Positions 17,801 through 24,000 of a stretch of DNA of 31,885 nucleotides are shown here, piece by piece (position 1 is the stretch's first letter; every line of letters begins with the position of its first letter). Both the position numbers and the translations under genes were made by a program. Below the pieces are notes generated by a model. It made no database searches and was not told the origin of the DNA. It worked only from the letters and a program-made list of their open reading frames with translations. The stretch lies in IMG/VR virus record IMGVR_UViG_3300017778_005731, positions 1 through 31,885 of that record, one strand, 5' to 3'. This DNA is from a virus (Duplodnaviria; Caudoviricetes).

Positions 17801-20375
17801 CGAAAAAGACAATTATGATATTGATAAATTTGGCGATAAAGCCGCTGCGTACCTACGCTATTTTGTAGAGTCTGCGGAAGGAAAGCCCAACGACACTCCA
17901 CTCCACAAAGTAAGCGGTTATCAGTATCTTAAGACTGCTGCTGGCTACTTAAAAGATGCTAACTTTAACGAGAATCAAAAAGTTTTAGCAAGCGAATTAG
18001 AAAAATTCTACGACTTGTTTGATCAAAAACGAGATCTAGATAAGGCACAGGCAGACAAAAAAATGTACGACAATCTTGCATTACCTATCGATGATGCTAA
18101 TTGGCCTACAGAAGAAAATATTGACAAAGACAAGGCTGTTATTGCTCTAGACGAATTACTCAAGCGTCTTCCAGAATATGATGACTACGATGCTGACGAT
18201 AATATTCGCACTGCTGCTGCCAGAATTAGAAGGTTTAAGCAAGAATTAATAGATAACAATAAAGAACTAGATCAAGCTGATATTGATTATATTGAATCCG
18301 CTGTTAAGTATCTAAGAAAGGGATCTAATCCTGCTCAGATAGCTCTTGCAGATAAAATTGAAAATCTTGCTTCTGTCATCAATGCAAAGAGAGAAGAAAT
18401 CAGAAATAAGCGTCTAGAAGAGTACAAGAAAAATTTAGCTGTTCCCTTTCCTGATGGAGTTATCCCAGCAAACGGAGATGGTGTAAACAAAGATCAACTA
18501 GTTGCTCTATTTGATGAATTAGTTAAGCGCCTTCCAGAGTCGAATAACAGAGACTTTAACTACGAGATGCGTCGCGCTGGTGAATACGCTAATAATGGTC
18601 TGGCTGAGGCTCAAGGTATTCTAGATGGAAACCCTGATCCATTTATTCGTAAATTTGATTCCACATATCTTGAAAAAATTATTAATAATTTGGCTGAGCA
18701 CGGAGATAAGGATGAGCAAGCCCTTATTCCTCAGTTAGAGAAGGCAAAGAATGTCCTTGCTGATAAGAAAAACTCTCTTAATGCTGATGTTAGAAACAAA
18801 TATCTAGCCCGTAGAGATGTCCCTATCCCTGAAGATGCTGTCCTTGACGAGCAAAAAGAAGATAAGCAAGACTTCCTTAATGCTGTAAATGAAGTATTTA
18901 ATCGTCTACCTGTTGACACTGATGAAGAAGCAAATAATTCTGTTATTGTTGCTCGCGATCAACTGAAAAAATACATTAGTCAATTAGAATCTAACGACGA
19001 TCCTTTTGCTGCTAATACAAAGTATCTAAAAGACGTTGCAGATGCTTTAAACAAGATTAGCGATGCAAAATATTCAGAGTTTGCAGATTTCTTAAATGAA
19101 ATTGCTGATTATGCTGTTGGTCGTCGTTTAGAGCGTCCTGTACCTGCTCTTGCTCCAGCAAATATGGATGCGATTGACCCAGCTGAGTTAGCAATTAAGC
19201 GTATTCAAGCAGGAGAAAACCCTTACACATCCCCTGAGGGATTCAAGGAATTATTTGCTGGCGAGGACATATTTAATAATAATTCTTATTTAAAGCCTTT
19301 CCAAGAGCAGATTCAAAAGTTCTTTGACGGTAACGAACATCCTTTATCTGATTTAGATATTAGATCTCGTCAAGCAATGTCCCAATGGGTTGCCAGCCAA
19401 CTTCACAACCCTCCTAAAGTTATGGACGAAAAAGCTATAGAGGATGTTCACAATTTAGTATCTCTTATGGCAAAACTTGATGATGAAAAGGCTGTCTATG
19501 AACCTAGTCGCAATGAACTCGGGGTTGGAAGCAGACTTCTAGAGTATGCTCCTGATGATTTCTTTGCAGTTGCTAAAAGAAGTGGTCCAGATAAAGAAAT
19601 AGTTATGGATGGCGTCCCTACTGGATTTAAGGCTAAACAGGCTCAAACAGGTATTAACTCTCAGAATAACTTTATTGTTACTGATATTGCAACTGGTCAA
19701 CGTTTTATTTTCAAAAAAGAGGGAAGCGCTGCCCAGGCAAGGGGCGAGAAAGAAGTCGCTTTTATCTCTTCTGGCTTAGGGATACATGGTCGCATATATA
19801 CAGAAAACCATCCTCTAGATAAAAGAGCGATAATTCAGACATTTGCTGCCGATGCCGTTAGAAAGTATGGCGACCCAGTCAACTTCAATTCGATTGGTAA
19901 TGTTTCAGCGGGAGAACCTGCTAAAGAACTCCACATAAAAAACACTCTTGTTATGCATATTCTTGATGCACTTATTAGTAATAGTGATCGCAATTCGGGT
20001 AACTTTATGATTGTAGCCGCTGACAACCTTGGTGTTGATGACAATGGGCATCACAACTTGTATTTAATCCCTATTGACCACGGTTATGCCGCTGCTATTA
20101 ATGATCAAAAGGCTGGCAACCTTTCAGGACCTAAGAGATTCCTTCTAAATCCTAGTTCTTCAGGTGGTCATATCGCTGATAAGGTGGCAAAAAACATTGG
20201 TGCTACAGCCTTCAAAGATATTCTTGATATGTCCCTACAACAACTAGAGCAATACTTAAATCGTTTAGGTGGCGGAGAGATTAGCCAGCAAACACTTGCT
20301 ACAATTACAACAAGAATGGCTGAACTTAAAGGCATTACTCTTGCTGAACTAGAAAGTTGGATAGGTAAAAAATAA
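11892..20375 (+). CDS. giant (2827 aa) multidomain head-associated protein with WYL-like and C-terminal HipA/PI3-4-kinase-like domains
   Basis: Uninterrupted ORF between portal and protease; RDRKGRF motif; WYL-like segment ~16030-16220; FIFKKE, LDALISNSDRNSGNF and IPIDHG at the C-terminus. Confidence 0.75.
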   Translation: MSNNRDSVMSQVKLIQLQVFAAIEEANAGVPFERRVTPGSALTVVKRSLNSTRSLPFEVREFHAMRELSAFINLVQKNKFSDTFTNHTDLLIVAHPSSTRNHGLAASALSKARLRWILSDARISEQALPLLASVYTSSETSAEYRYAVVRLASLPRGSYPLEALTAAFGDGNSRLARSARAMLQRRDRKGRFAFQGGGASALVERANGQVQRLTGRVVSQGENGDTVRIQLPNGRLVDIPTDGAEFIKAVIGKNKDGFSGVKADYKAGDIILNEEDLQFFDAPHGFRKDEDYNGPGVKFTDDEYDVVKNGKDFAIARRDNGLGVGNADNWADAQKMIYDDEPIADASAGREPIARLTQEQIDRMYDDPNFDPKDILTPGGAVSDESAGQDETPEAGEFKYNYPEGAYQLPLDVKYADGFFDPANDSSDFTDDPKELAQKFSSEALVSALRKGLLPGDGSKANGEGVLQFKNKEPIPVEALYLALEEKGNNAKLEVAKIYDAANGDKKNQESLARLEVKPIPSKIDGSYVDSEGVRRPWNYEPDTKITQGTPASKTPLEESTKVALLGPGPVTEEEVAVEVARRKALTPTMITDSKGNLVYKSSYNDPDPDVVREQLKELKASRAKATDDTPTPDVSELEEQPTEPPAAPMRKGQVSPAGDWQWYPAIGMGGQRLEGFWGRTEKGIAKLPPKEAKAPYVPREPVLPDEIGGGWEPGNDLDYVGKGPVYEKTIDGVTYRFIQNSDGAWDVVEMRGGERYNVGGPNQVDIADPAVFDDKIAQIVDAKQKLNRNAVKELLSQWGFDKEVIDLIDEADAYEILAAVTADPAYADLQAKHERFLAGEQNAPFRAESKAFLDINSNLDKIRDNYVPDDEPDIADTVSDVRGGIPTSSEIQRMLDGEDIGSEDEISGDAPSEVLPRAKAVPGEKKEQDPEKRNDILEELNVFAERANKASDLMDQLLGNSDLDEGMDTNRALSAGASVNLAEDMLAEAMVSVDDPSVLDNNIQQAGWHLTQAIATLADVDLPEAQGVRSEILELRNELETYRGNLEAELKKDKISIDKLVKHMLVDQHSEIKVEDINPLVDGDKEETPEVPAEAPVEAPATGRPRRVRNNNVAANRRWQARFGIKPPVFYKKNRGMFYDINGVPINVGDKVTHNNPDKDEKYGEGVIISRIPNLGRWRLGRAGEQVKVDYASYVWVQFANGKKAKLATRMLINKNPDSVENPANVVKPVLDAEMPPPDVYIDDWKKFGKALEEFGVEPGKDARGNDGFQADAGNAQQMVISKDADGDYAVYLKEENIWRNRQVEPLFVSKNLPEAANYFIAEVHNRRYQTDFPANPVWAGEKAPTAVPNPETNVVEVPEAGSVSNAGMPSVVNLDTSGKFEDLQKQIQDAIDSGQKIAFNYKGEDRLVTPKRIWTNPKNGNINLDAVGEDGFKVYTIVNMENPDSPVEPTPIPEPTPIPEDVAPQASDKPFLEAVPLEDQMANAKKDYENLGNEIVDKAVDGLGESNSEVAELYKLRDEALNKIVNLNKQIKERDATPSRDPQERMDALKDEYKALGNEILDLEISTSPDREAISKKQDRMAEIVKQMEPLRAEVNKDVVPVADEPKADNQDPDAARAKQLEDIVAEFNDTPENAEQDFEIINNDGKSVSVFDSRTGRQFEISWDENANIWASNPVGFERNVDRKFSPSLNEAVDTAVTDLSKEREGVDKFKDFKEYVDGLVNEPEFQKEYDFNDLGGDGILRVQDKNNKNQANIEWDEDAQGYGVDFRPLDLGKKEVFADIQEAGQYAMDVLDKKRDIPRPGKLMVEAAEKELLEGAPPVVKGDAFDKLDDGNAVADLLGALGAKLPKFRNTRGERNARWAHRYIDEAAAEFRTQSIDKAGISELNQALSYAIRIPGTELRDSVVSEIKRLQENLVVKREVLKQRRIVKLNKRYENSLPKGLVPTNPADLDIEKALAIAKEFLEILPEKDNYDIDKFGDKAAAYLRYFVESAEGKPNDTPLHKVSGYQYLKTAAGYLKDANFNENQKVLASELEKFYDLFDQKRDLDKAQADKKMYDNLALPIDDANWPTEENIDKDKAVIALDELLKRLPEYDDYDADDNIRTAAARIRRFKQELIDNNKELDQADIDYIESAVKYLRKGSNPAQIALADKIENLASVINAKREEIRNKRLEEYKKNLAVPFPDGVIPANGDGVNKDQLVALFDELVKRLPESNNRDFNYEMRRAGEYANNGLAEAQGILDGNPDPFIRKFDSTYLEKIINNLAEHGDKDEQALIPQLEKAKNVLADKKNSLNADVRNKYLARRDVPIPEDAVLDEQKEDKQDFLNAVNEVFNRLPVDTDEEANNSVIVARDQLKKYISQLESNDDPFAANTKYLKDVADALNKISDAKYSEFADFLNEIADYAVGRRLERPVPALAPANMDAIDPAELAIKRIQAGENPYTSPEGFKELFAGEDIFNNNSYLKPFQEQIQKFFDGNEHPLSDLDIRSRQAMSQWVASQLHNPPKVMDEKAIEDVHNLVSLMAKLDDEKAVYEPSRNELGVGSRLLEYAPDDFFAVAKRSGPDKEIVMDGVPTGFKAKQAQTGINSQNNFIVTDIATGQRFIFKKEGSAAQARGEKEVAFISSGLGIHGRIYTENHPLDKRAIIQTFAADAVRKYGDPVNFNSIGNVSAGEPAKELHIKNTLVMHILDALISNSDRNSGNFMIVAADNLGVDDNGHHNLYLIPIDHGYAAAINDQKAGNLSGPKRFLLNPSSSGGHIADKVAKNIGATAFKDILDMSLQQLEQYLNRLGGGEISQQTLATITTRMAELKGITLAELESWIGKK
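16238..16277 (+). repeat. perfect 18-bp tandem duplication (EPTPIP x2 linker)
   Basis: TGAACCAACTCCTATTCC repeated twice. Confidence 0.9.
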
Positions 20376-20746
20376 TGACCTCCCAGGTGTATAGATTTTA
20401 CAACAGTAACGGTACAAATGAATGGAATTACGAGTTTTCTATTGTTGCTTCGGAAGAGGAAGCCCGTTTTGTGATCCCTCTCGGAAGACCTGATTATGCT
20501 GTAATTTATAATCAAGACCGTATTACTGATCATATTAAAATTTTAATAAGAGATAATGAACCACTTCCTACTAATCCAGAAGATTGGGCGCTACTTAGTG
20601 CTTATAACATAAACTATAATCTGCTTGCTATTGACAATCAAACGTCAAGATTTTTTGATCTCTTAGTTGATGAAGAACAAGAATATTCAGATAAAACATT
20701 CAAAAAATACGAAGATATCTTATTCCCGCCAGGAAGCAGGTTCTAA
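20375..20746 (+). CDS. hypothetical acidic protein
   Basis: 123 aa; TAATG coupling to the giant ORF. Confidence 0.8.
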   Translation: MTSQVYRFYNSNGTNEWNYEFSIVASEEEARFVIPLGRPDYAVIYNQDRITDHIKILIRDNEPLPTNPEDWALLSAYNINYNLLAIDNQTSRFFDLLVDEEQEYSDKTFKKYEDILFPPGSRF

Positions 20747-20748
20747 TA

Positions 20749-21036
20749 ATGTCCGCATCACAAAACTTATATCAAGGTCTTTTTGCTAGTATCAACGAAA
20801 AAGACGAGACCACCGTTACTTATCTGTTCTATGCAAATCCTACAACTTACCTAAAGCGGTATAATAAAGAATGGATTCCAGTAGACAACATTGATGATGA
20901 AAATACCAATGGTGACGAACAAATCCCTGTGACTGATGAGTTTATTGAAGCCTTTGATCAATCACAAGAGGATGGCGTTCCACTAAGTATTGATGATGCC
21001 AATGAGTACCTACGAGAGCTGGAGCCCTGGGAGTAA
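20749..21036 (+). CDS. hypothetical acidic protein
   Basis: 95 aa; TAATG coupling to the protease gene. Confidence 0.8.
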   Translation: MSASQNLYQGLFASINEKDETTVTYLFYANPTTYLKRYNKEWIPVDNIDDENTNGDEQIPVTDEFIEAFDQSQEDGVPLSIDDANEYLRELEPWE

Positions 21037-24000
21037 TGAAGTTCATCGGTCGTATCGAAAATAATGTTCTTTTTGCGTCTAACAGCGTTGGCGTTGTTGT
21101 AGACGAAAAAACAAATATGGTTGTTGATACTGGCTCTGTTCAAGCATTTATCTCGTCTAATAACTGGAATCTTAATTTAGAAGAGCCAAACGATGTTTCT
21201 CTGGAACTTGCTACAGCATCAGTATCAGACTTAAATATCCACGTTCTTTCTAGTACTCGTATGTACACAATCCCAAAGGCTGCTCAAACAGAGGCCAAAC
21301 GCGCACTTGAATGGCGTAAAGAGCATAAACGTGGTGGCACTCCTGTTGGAGTAAACAGCGCTCGCACTCTTGCCGCCGGTGGTCAAATTGGTATTGAAAA
21401 AGTTCGTCACATTGCAAAGTATTTCCCTCGTCACGAAGTTGATAAAAAGGGTAAAGGGTATAAGCCAGGAGAAGATGGATTCCCGTCAAATGGTCGCATT
21501 GCGTGGGCTCTTTGGGGCGGAGACGCTGCTCGTCGTTGGGCTAGTGCAATCGTTGAGCGCGAAAATGCTCACGAAAAAGAGGCCGCTACTTTTGAAGAAA
21601 TTAAAGCAGTAGATTTTTCTTACTTTAATTCAATTAATGAACCAGAATTCACAATCCGTGTACAAGATAATGGCGTTGGGGTTGACCGCCTCTACATGAC
21701 TAGTGATGACGGAGCCACATCGGTATGGGACGATGGAGTCTGGTCTAACCTTGGAATCTTCACTAGTTCGTTTTCTGATATTGACTCAGAACTTGACACC
21801 GAGCCAGACGGAATTATTCGTTACTACTTCCCAGTAGATTCAGAAACTGCTGTAGTTGCTTCTGCACTTTTTGATAGCACTCCTTTTCTAATCTCAAGCA
21901 TTGACAATTTTAATGTTGATGAGGCCGAGTTAGTAGCCTTTGCTATTGGGGAAGTTGATTGGTCATACATTGACTTCTTAACTTTTGCTGAGGGCGATGG
22001 AAACTACACTCCAGAAGAACGTTCAGAGAATGTTAAAGATCAGTACCGAGACGCAACTGGTCAGTTTGCCAAAAAAGGTTCAACAGTAATCATTGGTAAA
22101 AACCCTGCAGCTTCTGGAACTGTTGTAGGTATTAACCCTCAGGACTCAACTGTAAGAGTTAAACTGGCTAATGGAAATGAAGTAAATGTTCCAGGAGATA
22201 CTACAAGTCCTGCTTCTGCATCTACTGCTAGTTATAAATCACAGGTCACTAATGTAGAACGTTTCGATGTTTCTGGAATCTTAGGGGAGCCTCGTGACTC
22301 AAGCAACCCTGCAATTGCTGGTCGTATTCCAAACCGCCTACCGCCTCTAACCGGCGCCAGCATACAACAAATGATAGGTGACTGGTCCTCTTGGGTAGCG
22401 GATCAAAGAACTTCTTTTGAAAGTACTAAAACACAAATTCCTCAGATTAAAGTTAGTACTCAAGAGGATGACATTCTCGCTCCTAATGCTTACAACGACC
22501 CGTACTTACGTAATTGGTTGGATCAAAAAACTGGTAAAGGTAAGAAGTCAACATACCCTAACCGCGGTTGGTACAACCCTATGCGCACTGACGATGTTGA
22601 ATCAAAGAAAGATGCTAAAAAACTTGGTGGAATTACAGCCGCTGGAGAAGCAAAGAAACTTACCCCTAAAACTTCAGATGTTCCAGTAATCTATATGGCT
22701 ATTGTTGCTCAAGATGACCCACAGGCCGTAATGGATCTAGTTTCCTTGGTTCCTACAACAGATCAATCTACGCAACCTGTGGCATTCTCTCGCAAGGACG
22801 GCAAGTGGGTAGAAAATAGTCAGATTATCTCTGACCTAAACAGCCCTACCCCGCCGCCAGTTGTAGTTCTAGATGATGAAACTCTTCTTGAGGTTCTTTC
22901 GCAGATTGATCCTAAAAAGGATGCACCAGTAACTGCTTCTATCTATAAAACTTTATCTTTGCTCTGGGACACAAACGGAGATTTAATAGGCGTTACTGCT
23001 GCAGGCGGAGCAGATCGTAATAAAGGAAATGCTGAAAAACTTCGGCGCTACTGGACTGTTGGCAAGGGCGGCGCAAAGATTCGCTGGAATACCGGTGGAG
23101 ATTGGACTCGCTGTGTACGTCAACTTTCTAAGTACATGGGCCCTCGTGCCAAAGGCTACTGCGCCCTACGCCACAAAGAAATGACAGGCATGTGGACTGG
23201 AGACAAAGAACATCGTCAAATGTATGGAAGTAAGAAAGCATTTACCACCTACAGCGATGACTTTATCCGCTCTAGTGAAGAAGTTATTTCTTTTGCCGAG
23301 TTAAGTGCCCAAGCAGCCGAGGCTAGAAGCAGAATTGTTGCATCCGGTGAGCCTATGGAATACGGCGCAGAATTCTATATGCCTTTGGTTTTACCAGAGG
23401 ATACTGAATCTGGCGATGGACGTAAGTTTGCTAAGGGTGCTATCTCTATGAGAGAACTTCCGCTTCCTTTAATGTGGCAGATTAAAACTGCTCAGGGGCA
23501 TGACGGCTCTGTAGTTGTTGGTCGTATCGACAAAATGGAACGTTTAGAAGCTGGCGGTGTTGGAAATGCCTATGGCGTTTTTGACTCAGGCGATTATGGC
23601 AAAGAAGCAGAGCGTTTAGTACGAGGCGGATTCATCAGAGGAATCTCCGCTGATTTAGACAAATTTGAAGCAGATGAAGAAGAAGCAGCTTCTGACGAAG
23701 ATAAAAAAATTGGCACTGGAAAGATTAAAATTACTAAAGGACGCATTATGGGTGTCACTTTAGTTCCTAAGCCAGCTTTCCAAGAGTGTAAAATAGTGCT
23801 ACTAGAGGATATGAAAAATCCACAGGAGGAACAAGTGATCCCAGACGGCGAATATGTAGAGGATCCTGCAGAGCAGGACACCGCGGCTTTAGTCGCGTGC
23901 GCCGCAGTAGTGGCCTCTATCCCAGTAACCCCCCCATCTTCATGGTTTGAAAAGCCAGAACTAAATGGACCTACACCACTAACTGTTACAGACGACGGTC

